Below are positions 36,337 to 50,169 of a stretch of 64,000 nucleotides of DNA, one piece after another. Origin of the DNA: Harriotta raleighana (lineage: Eukaryota); NCBI GenBank assembly GCA_050575255.1, contig JBNZDD010013720.1, positions 5,366,196 to 5,430,195 of the forward strand, given 5' to 3'. Positions within the stretch are counted from its first letter, which is position 1, and every line of letters starts with the position of its first letter. Under the pieces are notes generated by a model. It did not search any database. It had not been told where the DNA came from and saw only the letters and a list, made by a program, of their open reading frames with translations. A program made the position numbers and the translations under genes.

Positions 36337-36871
36337 CAGTAAAACCTTGTTGATCCAGCACCCACAGGACCTGGCCAATGGTGGTTAAACGTTTTTCCGG
36401 TTGAAGGGATTTTTTTAAAAAAAAATCTTTAAAAAATAATTATTTTAACACATACCGTATTATTAATAATAGTATAAATAACAATGGAATATTGTATTAG
36501 TACTTCTATTTATACTTAATTTTGCAATCGCAGCCCTCAAATCAACCAAATTAGCAACTTCTGAGTTTTAATAGCTTAGATAAGCATCACTATGCGTGAG
36601 TTTCCATTAACAAATACAAACGACCTAGATAAGAAAAATCACGACTTTTTCTCTCACTGTCTCTCTCTCTCTCTCGCTCTGTGGTCTCTTTCTCTGTGTG
36701 TATCTGTGTGTCTCTCTCTCTGTCTGAGTATGCGTCTCTCTCTGTCTCTGTCTCTCTGTCTGTGAGTGTGAGTCTGTGTGTCTCTCTCTCCCCCTCTTTC
36801 TCTCTCTCTGTCCATGTGTCTATGTGTGACTCTATCTCTCTGTGTCTCCCTCCCTTTCTGTATCTGAGTGT

Positions 36872-36907
<36 letters not shown>

Positions 36908-37215
36908 CTGTGTGTGTGTGTGTGTCTCTGTCTGTGGTCTGTCTCTTTATCTGTGTGTGGGTGAACCTCTTTGTGTGTCTCACCTGTAAAAATGGCTGCT
37001 GCCCAGGGCTCTGAGTGTCTCACCAGTTTAGACACACCTGGTGACCAACTGCGAGTGCTGCACTCGCTGGCACTCGCTTGCAATATTCCATTCATTAAAC
37101 GCGTCATCACTATTTGCCGGATAACTTACGGTTAATTGAATCGGGACTTTTTTTTTAGGTGGCGGTTGAATGGGTTTTCCGGTTCATTGAGTCACGAATA
37201 AACAAGGTTTTACTG
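36337..37215 (+). mobile_element. pogo/Tigger-like MITE, subtype B, 879 bp, with internal microsatellite
   Basis: TA-CAGTAAAACCTTGTTGATCC ... GAATAAACAAGGTTTTACTG-TA; the flanks resemble a decayed CR1 3' end. Confidence 0.9.
36651..36980. repeat. compound (CT)n/(GT)n microsatellite
   Basis: Directly visible; explains the RE/TH and SL/CV low-complexity ORFs. Confidence 0.95.
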
Positions 37216-38666
37216 TACCTACAAAAAAAGAGCTCAATAGCTTTTGTTCAAACACAAACACCTAGGTAGTACAACAAGATGAAGAAGCTTAATCAAATAT
37301 GTAAAAAAAAATGTAAAAGGGTGTAGGAAAAATGGCAAGAGATTAGCAATAAATAGAGTTATTTTAGAGAATTGGAACAGGCTTCAGGGGACGACTGGTG
37401 TATTCGTACAAAAAATATCATTATTCAGGGCGAAGGATGTAAATTGCGCTTTTCTTATAGCACAGAAACATCCAAGTACTGTATATCATAGTTATCAAAG
37501 TATTTTGATGCTTCCATGTGGGAAGATGGGATGTGCATTTGGGTAGTTTAATGGAGGATCTTCATCATCTGAACCTATCCTGATATGGATTTGGTAAAAA
37601 TTCCAGTGTAAAGAGGATTCACCACAGCAACAAATACAAAATCTACTCCTGGTCAAATATTCATTTAAGCATCAACTTGTGGGCAGTCTGTTTTGAAATA
37701 TCTTTATTCTGGGACAAATTAATGGTCATTGAGTTCTTTGCTGCTCTTTTCAATGTTGTTACATAACTGAAATCCTTGAAACTGATCTGAAAGCATCAAT
37801 GTATTTAAGAGTAAATTTGATTCATAGGTGAGGGAGAAGACAAGAGAGGCACGTGAGTGAGGAAAAATGAGATGTGGATTTGCATAGAGTATTAAGATGC
37901 ACAGATAAATTAGGCTGCATGGACATGTTTCCATATTGCATCTAATTCTTTGTAATTCATTTTGTATACAAGTATACACATGGTTACCACAACTCGCAAA
38001 TTAAACTCCAGTATTTAAATCTTGATGAAATTACATTCTGATAATCAGTCGCACATACCCATTTTTCATCATCTAATTGAATTATTCAGCAAAGCTTTTG
38101 AAATTATTTGCATTATTCCCATTGCCATGAAAAACAAGCAATAGATTTGTCGTCTGTAGAATGATAAACCTTGTCTATATTATAAAATAAGACCCTCCAG
38201 GAAAATCATCTGTCAACAACCAGTGACTAACAGTTCTGCATTTTAATTTTATGTGCCTGACTGACATGTCATACTTAACAAATGAACCAAATTTTACTGT
38301 AACTGACATGATTGGAATATTATGTAAATTACAAAAATGCTAAGCAGTTCTCATTTAATGTTGACGATGAATGGTTTGAAATATGAACAGTGCAACTTCA
38401 ATTTTATTCTATTGGTACATACATCTTTACTTGTAAATAGATGTCTTATGCTCAGAGGTTACCGTAATAGGTTATTGACTAGTGTTCTGCTGGGTGATAA
38501 TAACATTTGAGGTGGCCGCAGATAACATTTTGAGACCTTTGGGATAACTCATTCAGAGTCCTTCCACACGATAGCTAATGTTCTGAAGTATTATATAAAC
38601 AAGTAACTTTTATTGAAGGATCCCAATAAATACACTGCACTCTCTGCGTGGGTCTCAGCCACAATA

Positions 38667-38690
38667 TGTATGTGTGTGTGTGTGTGTGTA
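38667..38690. repeat. (TG)n microsatellite
   Basis: Directly visible. Confidence 0.9.
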
Positions 38691-39729
38691 TACACAGTAT
38701 TTATATGAAATAAGAAACAAATTTGCAGTTTTACTGCCAGTATAACACTTATATAGTTGGGGGCCTGTGATTAATGTGTGTTGTTCCATTCCAAGCTTAG
38801 CAAAACCAACGATAGAGAGGAGATAAGCAATGCATTTTGATGTTGGATGTTGTGAGCTGTTCAAAGAACCAGCAACTATTTTCAAATAACATTTCTTGTC
38901 AACAAACTAGGATTTTCCATAGTGTTTTGTCAGCAATTTTCACACTGCCATTAAAGGTTCATGCCCCCTGGACAATTTTCTTTGCTTAATTAAGTACTGG
39001 TGAATAAATTAGCCCCTCGCAAACCAAAACCTGCTATTCTTTTTTTCTGTAATAAAAGAATAAAATGCTCTTGGCAAAAAAAAATTGTGCTACTTGTATG
39101 TTGATCTGTCACTCAATGTTCAAGTGAAGCAAAAAGACAGATCATTTATATTCAGCACATATTTAATCCTGCCACTAGTCAGGTTCTGACCCAGTTTGAT
39201 AGCAACCTTGGTATCATTGACTTATTTTTCTCTCAGTCCTTCACAGAAGAATGAAAGTCTCATAATTTCTATTGTCAAGACAGTACAATCCCTTAGCTTT
39301 GATCATCTACGTCACCACAATACAATCTTTCCATTGACACACACATATATTCCATCTTGTCAATGCTGCTTCCATGCCCTTGGAGCTCCAACTGTTAATA
39401 CACAAAAATAGTCTTTGGAAATTGAATATTGTTCTATTAAATCCACAGCGACTGCCATTATGTCTTGATTTCCGCTGTTGTCATAATTGTAAAACAACTT
39501 CTCTAGATGTAAAGGAAAAACTCACTATATAGTGAAAAAATACACAAGGAAGATAATGTCGTTATTTTATATTTTTACATTACTAGGATTTCCCTGGACA
39601 ATTATTAGTTGCCTCAAGAATGGTCTTAGATCATGGTCTTTTATTTAATCTCCTTGGAAGCTTGGAACATTCTAGAGTCCTCCTCAGTCGTAGAACATCC
39701 AGAATCACTTGCTTTTCACTGGCACAGAC

Positions 39730-40390
39730 AGCAACAACATCAACATCACAAACATTACACTTTTATAGTGTCATTCATGTTGAGAGAATGTCCCAAGTTG
39801 CTGGACAGTCAGTGTTTTGGCATAGGGATCGGGGGTAGGTGGAGTGACCAATGACGAAGAGGAGAGTCTTGAGGCAGGAATTGATAGAGGCTGGGGGGTG
39901 CGAGGTGGAGGGTTTGCGGGATGAAATTCAAAAGGTTGGATGGAGGCAGAGTGGCTCAAGGCTCGCTTGCTTAGTAGAGGGAATGGACTGGTTGGTAAGC
40001 AGTGAGGAGGTCATAGACGTAGAGTAGAGGGCTTTGAAGGTGAGAGCCAGGATTTTAATTCAATCAGTGGAGTCAGGTGAAGTCGCTCTATAAGTGTAAT
40101 TTTGTTGTTGTTGTTGAAGTCAGATGGGGGTGATCGGGTAGCGGAGCCGGGTGCGGGAGAGGACATGGGCTGCAGCGTTCTAGGTGATCTATGGAGTGAG
40201 GAATTGGGGAGACCGACAAGCAGGCTGTGGGCATTTTTAAGCCTGGATGTAATGAAGGCGCGAATGAGAGTTTCAGCGGCCTGAGGGGTGCGGTAATAGT
40301 CGAGTTGTGCAATGTTGCGGAGGTGAGGGAAGGCAGAGAGGGTCACGGTATGGGTGTGGGGGAGAAAAGACAGTTGAGGATCAAACAAGT
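39730..40390 (-). mobile_element. rearranged L2 3' fragment(s)
   Basis: Minus ORF 40011-40424: AFPHLRNIAQL, AAETLIRAFITSRL, SLLVGLPNSSLHR; tail at about 39730-39805; a second short tail embedded near 40075-40115. Confidence 0.85.
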
Positions 40391-41439
40391 CATCTTGACT
40401 GGCTTGGTGGAGTGGAATGTGCATCCGACTGCTGAGATATTAATTGACTTCTGAGATATAAAAAAACTATGAATGGTAAATGTATTTTCACTAAAATCCC
40501 AGTGAGACACACCATAATGAAATGGAAATATTTTTTCTTTCTCCCCCATTTAAAGGTATTTTGATCCCTTTTTCCATAATCTATTGAGAAACAGTCCATC
40601 AATTTTCTTCTGTGTCTAACTCGAGTAGCATTGAGCAAGATACTGGAGAATGTTCAGCTTCCATAGAACTGTACCGCAGTCGGAAAAAAAAGAATCGACT
40701 CCTTAAGGAGCAAAATGACAGACAAAAAAATAGTTAGATATATTTCTGATAAAAGCTCTTGTAACAGAACTATCTCATCTGTGTCATTTGCATCACAATG
40801 TATAGTACAATAGTGAAAACACGAATGGGGAAGATGTAGTATATGTTGAAATCAGAAGGTTCTGATAAAAAAAACAGGACACTGGCAGGACACCAGGCTT
40901 CTTTTGTTTGTTTGCCTTTGTTTTTTCACATGGTAGAATTCTCTTTGAATGACATTGCAAACTCACTTCAATAGCTGTCAGATTTGCAAAGCACAAATAG
41001 ATACCCCCAGTATCACTTTCCCAAGGGCATCCAAATCTAACTGATGGCAGGTTTCTAAATGCACCTTGACTGCAGGCTATACTCCCAACCAAGAATGAAT
41101 GACAGGTGCCGATATAAAAAGAAGCAAAGATTTTTTTCAAATATGTGAAGCATTGTTGTAACTCAGAAACCTAAACCTCATCGAATCTCATTTTTTATTA
41201 TGTTTTAAATGTTTAAATCATTATAATGATTTTGAACAGACTAGTTCAAAACAGACATTCTGCTAGTTACATTGATTTTCTGTTTGGGAAGGTTAGTTAA
41301 TTTAGCATCTATTCTTAAAATCTTGGAAAAAGTATGCTTAACCTTTCACCACCACACTATGATTTCTGCTATTACATCATACTCTACTACAGTATTTTAG
41401 AACACGAAACAATCTTTAATAAAAATGATAATTTGGCTG

Positions 41440-41612
41440 GGTTGGTAGCTCTTTTGGTTTTGAAATTTGTAACTTGTTGATGGTCCAACTACACACAGGA
41501 ATTCAGAGTTTATAGTCCAGATGATACTCCCAACACATGTGATGCATTATCAGTGGTGTTGTTAAACAGACACATCATCTACCTGTTCAGGTGGGATTAA
41601 AAATTCCCATGA
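41440..41612 (+). mobile_element. old Deu-domain SINE fragment
   Basis: GTTAAACAGAC...TCTACCTGTTCAGGTGGGATTAAAAATTCCCATG resembles the Deu consensus. Confidence 0.5.
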
Positions 41613-41619
41613 TATAATA

Positions 41620-41715
41620 ATAACCATGATAATCCTTACATTTGATATAACGCCTTTCACGTCTTCTAGACATCTCAAATCGCTTCACAGAATATGCTAT
41701 AAAGTGAATTGACTG
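41620..41715 (-). mobile_element. SINE 3' fragment
   Basis: ATAATCCTTACATTTGATATAACGCCTTTCACGTCTTCTAGACATCTCAAATCGCTTCACAGAATA. Confidence 0.85.
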
Positions 41716-44489
41716 CAACATGTTGATAGTTGTTTCTTTTGTGTAAAGTAACCTTATTCTAAGCATTGCTGTGTGATTTTTGTGTTTTATGTTTTGTACA
41801 AAACTAATTTTCTTTGGTCAGCCTGGTGCTTGACAAATACAGCAAATCAGCGTCTTGAGAATCCAAACCAAGTTGAGAGTTCCATGTATCCCAATTACAC
41901 ATCCCAATGCATCCCAATAATCTAGCTCTGGAAATCCATGGGATGGAACACATACGCTCTCCCTGGTGGGACACATTTTGGTTACCTAATTTCGGAAAGT
42001 ATTAGGCACAGGTTGGCGAGAACCATTCTACTGCTAGACTCCAGCAGTACCCCAATATACACCCTGAAATCCCCACTTCGGGACACTCATGCTCCAGTAT
42101 ATGTGTTAGTAATACTGCTGGAGTCTAACCAACTAAAACCGCATGGCTTACCATTGACATACAACTACTACTTTATATGCTTATTTGAAGTTATTCTGAA
42201 TGAGAAACCAGTATATAGAATGGTTGTACACCCATATTATTCTGCACCCTTTATAATGTGCTATTGTATGGAGTTCTACTCCACTAAAATAAACCAGTTG
42301 CATTCTATTATTCTCCATGTAGTAGGACCAACTCATTTGAAATAAGTAGCTTATAACAAATATTTGTGACATAGTAATGTATTACTTGGGTCCTAATTAT
42401 TTTATGCATTATAAATGAGCTAAACTAATTTATTCGACAATCTAGTGGCAGTTATAGATCATTCAATCAATGATTTTTGTTATTACAATACAATGTGCTT
42501 CTCATGAAACTCGGCACAGAATTATAATCTTTATAGGAAACGTTTATTTGCATAAAGTTTTATTTATCTAATTTTGTAGTTAATAGAGTAAATCTCACGT
42601 AAGTCTTATCTTTATAAATCGTATTGACTCCTAGGGTCATACATCCTCCTAAGCCCCATTCAGTTTCGTATAAAAAATATGAGATTTCTTTGCACCAATC
42701 ATTAATTTCTCCTAATTTGTAATGCTGCCCTCTTATCCTCAATACTCCTGCGTTTACCGACTGCATTCAATCACGCAAAATGACCCATTGAAACATGCAT
42801 ACCTACCAGTCGGCTGCATTGAATTGTGTTAAATGTAGTCTTGATCCATTGCCACATGTGCAGAGAAATTTCATTTCCTACGATTCCAATGCTTGCTGGT
42901 AAATGCGCATATGGTGACGAGTCAAGATACATTGAATAAAAGGAAACATAAACTTGATCTATCACTGCCTGAGCACTTACTGGCTGCAGTGACCAAGAAC
43001 CACATTCACACATACTTGCTGCATTGAATTATGTATGCACAGTGTAGTTTTTTAATTGAATCAGATTTCAGAAGCATGTTTGCCTGCAACTCGGGCATTG
43101 CAAAACATATTCAATCCTATGTTCGTGACTGAATATAACCTATGTGTGTTTTATAAGCCTGGTATTGACCAGATTCTTAATGGAAGATTCTTAATGAAAA
43201 TAAATATATCTTACCTTGATGTTAATCAATATATCTTATCTTGATGTTAATCAAATATAGCTAAAATATAGAAATGGATAATAACACATAACTAGGAGTA
43301 GAAATAATAAAGGTATTATCTGGGTTTGTCTACAGTTGTTTATAGCAATACTCAATTGAATAAATAAATTCATCATTAAATACTTATTTAATGTTTCCAC
43401 AGGAAATAGTCAATTGTTTTTTTGAAAATATATTTACCATATTAGACTTCAACTGGTAATTTTATAAACAGTATAATCTTAATTTGCTTTGGGCTGTCCT
43501 AATTACTTTTTTTGATTTTAATGATGCTGACANATACTCAATTGAATAAATAAATTCATCATTAAATACTTATTTAATGTTTCCACAGGAAATAGTAAAT
43601 TGTTTTTTTGAAAATATATTTACCATATTAGACTTCAACTGGTAATTTTATAAACAGTATAATCTTAATTTGCTTTGGGCTGTCCTAATTACTTTTTTTT
43701 AATGTGAATCGAAGATTGGAATATGCCTTACTGGGTTGTGGTGGCTACCAATTTCCATATCTGTCTGACTAAATGTGTACACCGGATTATTATTTTGAGG
43801 AGAACGTTGCAAGTTCCAGTATTAAATTTAGGTCTTTGGGTAGTCCATCTCTCCAAATCTCTCCTAATTCATAAAGCCCCGCCGAAAAATAAAGCATGAC
43901 TTTGTTGACATCCAGCTTGGGAGTTACCTCTTCTGTTTGCTGTGGTTCCTGTATCCTGACAGCTTCCCTATTCAAATTGGCAGCTGCTTTTCAGCTCCTT
44001 TCACATTGATCTGAAGACATTGAAGGATGAAGACTCCCCTAAACAGCTATGAGTCCTGCGTGATCTGAGACCCATTCAAGACATCAAGTTTAGCAAACTG
44101 AATAACCATTTCTCAACCATTTCTCCACACTTTTTAAATACACCTTGACTGTGTTATTTAAACAGAACAATCTGATATGGATTTTGTGCCACTTGTGAGG
44201 CTGACCTATATAACTCACTTGCCTCTCCCAAGTTATCTGATTAGCTTCATTCACAACAAGAGCCTTACCAACCAGTTGAGTGTACAACATCCAATATTGA
44301 CATGGAGCTTGTGGTATGAATACTTTCTGTGTGTGCTTTATTTGAAATTGTTTATGATTCAGATATGTCTATTGGAATATTTAAATGCAAAGAGGTTTAT
44401 ACTTCTGGTATTGGATGAGCCACCTACAAAACATACTGGTTTGCTTGTTGATACTTACAAGTTGTAACTTTGGTTAGACTGCTAGCCAC

Positions 44490-45065
44490 CAAAACTCTCC
44501 TGCATTCATAATTTCTAGGCTTGACTGGTGCAAACTCCTTGCTTGTCAACCTCCTGAACTACTCCCTCTACAGGCTACAGGTCATCCAGAACTCTGTAGC
44601 CTGTGTCTTCTCCCGCACTAGGCTTGACATATTACCCTCACATGACTCAGAGGCTTCCGATCATACAAAGGATATAGTTCAAGATCCTGGTCCTCATCCT
44701 CAATGACCTCCGTGGCCTCCCTCTTCCCTATCTCTGCAACCTCCTAACCCCCTACCAATTTACCCGCTCCCTCCTTTAATGGGCCCCACCCTGCTTCACG
44801 TTACCCACCTCTCCCAATCTACCATTAGTGAGCGAGCCTTCAGCTATTCTGCTTTTCTGGAAATACCATCCTCTGGAATTCCATCCTGTAGTCCTCCGTT
44901 TAAGACCCATCTCAAGGTCCTCCTCTTCGACTGTGCTTTTGATCATCCTCCTTCCCACCCTGCCCTCTAGCTTCCCAATCCCTACTCTCATCTTGGGTCC
45001 AGAATACTGTCTGTCCAGCACCTTGGGGCACCCTCTTGATGTGAAAGGCAATTTTTTTTGTTGTC
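44490..45065 (+). mobile_element. L2 3' fragment
   Basis: NSLLVNLLNYSLYRLQVIQNSVACV, TTCAAGATCCTGGTCCTC, ERAFSYSA, FKTHLK; tail CAGCACCTTGGGGCACCCTCTTGATGTGAAAGGC. Confidence 0.88.
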
Positions 45066-45384
45066 ACTTTACAAACCAATCTACCTGCTCTCCACTTTGT
45101 TTTTCAGCCACTGGCATGCCTTTCATCTTGTGCAATCTTTTGATCTTTCTTCCGTAGTATACTACTGCACTGTGAAATGTTTCTTATCTTGTTGCAAAAA
45201 ACAGTGTTAAAGAATAGATGTGTCTAATTTTACAGAGCGACATGAATAATTTTACATTTATTTTTCTGAACCTCTTTGAACAAATCAAAGTGACGCATTT
45301 GAAAATGCTTCAGAGTTTTCTTGGCTTTTCTATACCTGCAAGGTTTCTGCAATTATATTTTTTCCATTACTTTTTATTTCACTC

Positions 45385-45905
45385 TTCCCAGATAATCCAG
45401 ATAATCCCAAACTCCTCAGGCCATATCCTTTCCTGCCTGATGCTCCTTGACCATGATGCCCGCATTCTCGCCCAACTCTGTTGGCTTCCCATCATACAGA
45501 GGATACAGTTCAAGATCCTGGTCCTCACCTTCAAAGCCCTCTATGGCTATGCCCGCCCTACCTCTGTGACCTCCTAAACTCCACCAACCTGCCTGCTCCC
45601 TCTGCTTGGTGGGCTCCACCTCGCCCTCCCCACATTGATGAGCAGGCATTCAGCTGTTTAGTCACTCAGCCCCCACCCTCTGGAATTGCATCCTGCAGTT
45701 CCTCCACCTCACCCCATCCTTTGCCTCCTTCAAGACCCATCTCAAGGCCTCCCCCTCTTTGACCTCGATTAACCTCCATCCCCCCTGCCCTCCAATCTGC
45801 CCTATATCTACCCCCAGTTCCAGTCCAAAATTCTGTCTTTCCTGCATCTTGAGATGTCCTCCCGACGTAAAAGGCACTGTACAAATGTAATTTTGCTATT
45901 GTTGC
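45385..45905 (+). mobile_element. L2 3' fragment
   Basis: ILAQLCWLPIIQRIQFKILVLTFKALYGYARP matches the L2 LHWLP..RI.FK....FKAL.G.AP motif; tail TCCTCCCGACGTAAAAGGCACTGTACAAATGTAATTTTG. Confidence 0.9.
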
Positions 45906-46899
45906 TACAAAATACACAGTAATACACCTGTCTTAAAGCATTTCATCGTGCTGTGAAGTGCTTGGAGACATTCCTTCTGACTTGAGAGATGCTATATCAA
46001 ATGCAAGAATTTTTATTAACTTTTATTATTTACTGTAGCCTTATGGTCAGGATTTTGTCTTGAGCATGATACCACTGTTACAGATAGGATCCTTTTATCC
46101 TAGTTCCAGTCCTGAAATGTTGTGCTGCTTGCGAGTTAATTCTGAGAACAACTCTCCTGTGTACCTTTGATGATTATTAATTTGTTATGATGAATGAATG
46201 CTTTTAATGAAACGGGACAAAACTAGTTTCACAAACAACTGTGCAAAGGACTAATCTATCAGCTTCAAGCTTGCTTCCTTACATACCTAATAGCATGTCA
46301 ATTTGACTGGGCAACCTAATTTTCTCAAAAATACCTAATGATGCACAATAATGTTGTTTACAAATTTGTGTGTGGTTTATATCACAAATTAATGTACTGT
46401 TTATCCTTTATTTAGAAAAATGTAATATGCTCGACTTTCCTTTCACAATGTTTAATAAATAGATCTGACCCCTCCNGTGGTTTATATCACAAATTAATGT
46501 ACTGTTTATCCTTTATTTAGAAAAATTTAATATGCTCGACTTTCCTTTCACAATGTTTAATAAATAGATCTGACCCCTCCCCCACAGAGGAATACTCCTG
46601 AGATCAATTAAAAAGTAAAATGCAATTTGTGGATAAAATATCTCACCTATACTTCTCTTAATAGGTGACAATATTCTATAGAATCTAGAGCAAAATGCAA
46701 CCAGAGTTCCTCATATTTGACCTTTAATGAGGCTTTAACAAGTTTGTCATGCTTTTTCATCCAACCTATTGCAAAATGGTCTAACTCCTGTCTTTTATCA
46801 GACAAATAAATTACCAGGGTTTAGGTGAATAATCCATTGCCATTTTTTTCTCAGCAAACAATGCCCTTCTCAGAGTATTTTACAATGATGGCTTGGATG

Positions 46900-47260
46900 C
46901 TGAGAAAAGTAGCCCATAGGCATTGATGAAGAGAAGGTTTAATATCAACATTTTAAAAACTGATGAGAGGATCAAGACAGAGAGGAAGAGTGAGGGAGTT
47001 GGAGGTTAGGGCATGTGAAACTCTGCCACAAACGGTGGTGGGGAGAGGGTGAGGACATACAGCAAGCCTAATTACCTGAGCGGAATGTGTAGAAATGGAT
47101 CACAGAAATATTGGTGTGCTAGGACCTGAAGGGTTATATGGGTGAGGGTGAGAATCGTGAAGTCAGTCTTTTGGGAGACCAAGAGCCAGCAGAGCCATGG
47201 CGAGCACCAGGCTGATGATCTTTCGGGGTTTGTGATGGTGCGGAAGAGGGATAGTTTTGA
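46900..47260 (-). mobile_element. highly degenerate L2 fragment
   Basis: G/A-rich tract similar to the minus-strand L2 copies at 39.8 kb and 60.3 kb. Confidence 0.45.
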
Positions 47261-50169
47261 GTTAGTTGTCCCCAAACTAATTATGTACAGAAATAACATA
47301 ATTGCTATGTTTTATTCATTTAATAAAATTCTATTATTTTGAAGGATTACCACTGCAGAGCAACTGGAATAGTTTTTTTTTAAAAAAAATTATCTCACAG
47401 CCATGAGATTTCTTGTGCAGGATAAATGGTTGGGCTTCATAAATTATATAATGTTGATGCTACAATTTTGGCACCAGTTTGTGGTGCTGTGCGTGAGTAC
47501 ACTCTTCAGATACCTTTGTGTGTCCTTTTTCTAAATAAAAGAAATGTTTCATGCTGACATGCATATGTCTCAGCGTGGGTGGAGTTATACCCCAGCATGA
47601 ATGACACATAGACTATATTCCAGATACAGAAGTGAGCACTGGAGGACAATAGGGAGCTTTGTCTTTCATGTGTGAGTTAATTTGCCAACATTAAATAAAA
47701 ATGAGCCATCTCAGTCTGGGTAATTGGAATAACACATCAATACTGCCTGCCGCCTTTGATGCCACCATATTAACACGAGTCAGCCTTGTCAGAGATGTGC
47801 AGTGGAAGGCTTTATTTAAGAAGTCTGGCGTGTCAGTGATTGGACATGCGCAGCTCTGTCCAAGTGTTGCTACCAATTATAATGTGAACTTGGTCCATTG
47901 GTAAAGGTTTCTGACAAAATAGGGTTAGAATTTGGTTAAACACTGCAGTCTCATCAATGCAAATACCTTTACATTGTTTTGTACACAATAAGCATGAAAA
48001 ATAGATAATGCAAAGATAATACGTGAGAGGTGCAGATGTTAAAAACCCTTCGCCATATTTGATCTCTTTCTTCCTGAATTCTCACTACAGCATCAAACTG
48101 TTTATTCCAATGACAAGGCATCCATTACACTTGCCTATTAATCACCAGTTATCACTGTGTAATGAAATACTTCCTGGTGTTTGCTTTTCACAACATTAAA
48201 CCTGTTTTTTCTTGCTTGAAAGAAGCATTTTTGTTTTACTCATCCTATCAGCTACCTTCTATGCCTCTTATGACCACACTAAAACCGCTCCTTCATTATT
48301 ACTCTTTCTAATCCCCACCACAACAGTTTAATCCAATTATCTGCAGGCACCTATTACCACCTGTTTCATTTCAAAACCAGCAGCTTTCATTAGACTTCAA
48401 AACCTAAATTGAAACCATTATTTATTTGTATCGTGTCTTCTTCCAACTTCCTCTCTTTTGAAAGTCGGGATTCATGCAGGGGTATTGTTCTGCAGGTATG
48501 CTCTTCAACTAAGTATGCATTTTTCACCTGGGTCCACTAAATTGAATTCCTAAAATATCAAATAGCAATTATTATACTTGGACGTCCTGCAGGTAATCAT
48601 TCCCCTCCTTACTCACCACTGTTCATTGTTCTCTGTGCAGACATTTATGAAGCTGAGTCCCACAATCAGCTTTGATTCAGTTTACTGGAATTAACACTTT
48701 GGATGAATAAACTCAGTCCATTCTATTTTAGATTGTCAATAACAGATCATCCTTTCTCCCTAAATCCAATATGCTTTACCTTACAATTAATGATTATTAC
48801 ATTTCATGTTATTTAGCAAATCTCTATTTTCAACCAATATGTTTGAGCCCAATTGTTCGCAGTCAGTTATAATCACTGTTACCATACCATTTGCAACTTG
48901 GTTTTTCGAAACAACAGGTTTCATTTTTATGTAGAATATAAAACAATGGAACCTTGAGTTTATTTTGTACATTTATCTTACTGTGGCACTTCATGTTGTA
49001 AGGATGACAGAAAATTGCTGTCCTTGACTGTTAACCCATGCAACAATTTAATTTGTAAAACAAAGACTTTAACCACATTGGTTACCTCCACTCCCAGCCC
49101 CAACCGCTACCTATTGACTCTGAGGCACAACCACTGAGTTATGTCTGTCAAGTTGTTGGAGCATATGATGCATTGAAGTAAACAACAACAATAAAATTAT
49201 ATTTGTATAGCGCCTTTCACATCGGGAGGATGTCCCATCCCAAATTTAGTTGCCAAGCCATCATTGTTAAGTGCCTCGGGATGGCCTCCTGATGTAAAAG
49301 ACAGAATATGAATATAAATATATATTGGAGCACTTTGAGCAGGTTCACAGTACAATAACAATAAACTAAATTACATATCTGATCCATGTGTTTTTTTCAC
49401 TCTTGTAAACAATTTTGATGCGTTTTAATCTCCACCCCATTAAACTCTTCATCAACCATGACATGGAGCAAAGTTAAGCGACAGAGCTGCAGAGTTAAAG
49501 GTTGGTAGAGAAAGGTTGCACAAAGCAAGAATTAAATCAATGCAATCAAATGCAAATACATATAGGTCTGGGTTTTAATCGTTTATTTTTTATCATTATA
49601 AACAGTGATCGATAGAAATGTTGATTACCAATTCTAAAGGAGCTGAGAGTGATTAATGGCAGGACTGGCACAATATTGCCTGGAATAGCATGTCAATTTT
49701 ACTCAGTGAAAGGGGGTGGATTGTAATTGAGAATTGATCAGTTTAGTTTTGTTTAATATCTTTCACCTATTGGATAAAATGGATTTTCAAATATTAAAAA
49801 TGCCTGCATTCTTTTTATTATTTTGGCCTCCTACATAAATGTCATTGTAAAATTTGTAACAATTCGGTAAAGTTAAAACTCTGCGCAGCAAGGCTTTTCA
49901 GTTATCATCATCACCAATAACTTTCTGAACCCTGGAAAACCAATTCACAAGATCACAAGATTGATTAGACAAACTGTCCTCCCATCACAGTATCTGGTGT
50001 CCTTACATCAATTACTCTGACAACTTATTCCAGTCATCAATTACCCTCTGGGTAAATAAATTCTGTTCTGAAAATTGCTTTTTACAGCCCTGCCTTTTTG
50101 TTCTACTGTCTTGGTGTATCAGAAAGTATTGTTCTGGGTTTAGTTTTTAATCCCATTTGATGCTGTTAT

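Noticed and set aside
36654-37110. RE/TH-rich and SL/CV-rich ORFs
   Set aside because: Translations of the microsatellite.
41820-42345. Possible coding exon or 135-aa ORF
   Set aside because: The frames after the putative acceptor reach stops within about 35 codons and no protein family is recognisable; an exon cannot be excluded without RNA-seq or BLASTX.
43790-44100. Protein-like short ORF on the minus strand
   Set aside because: No recognisable domain or splice signals.
46372-46580. 104-bp tandem duplication
   Set aside because: Single N at 46476 and one substitution; assembly overlap.
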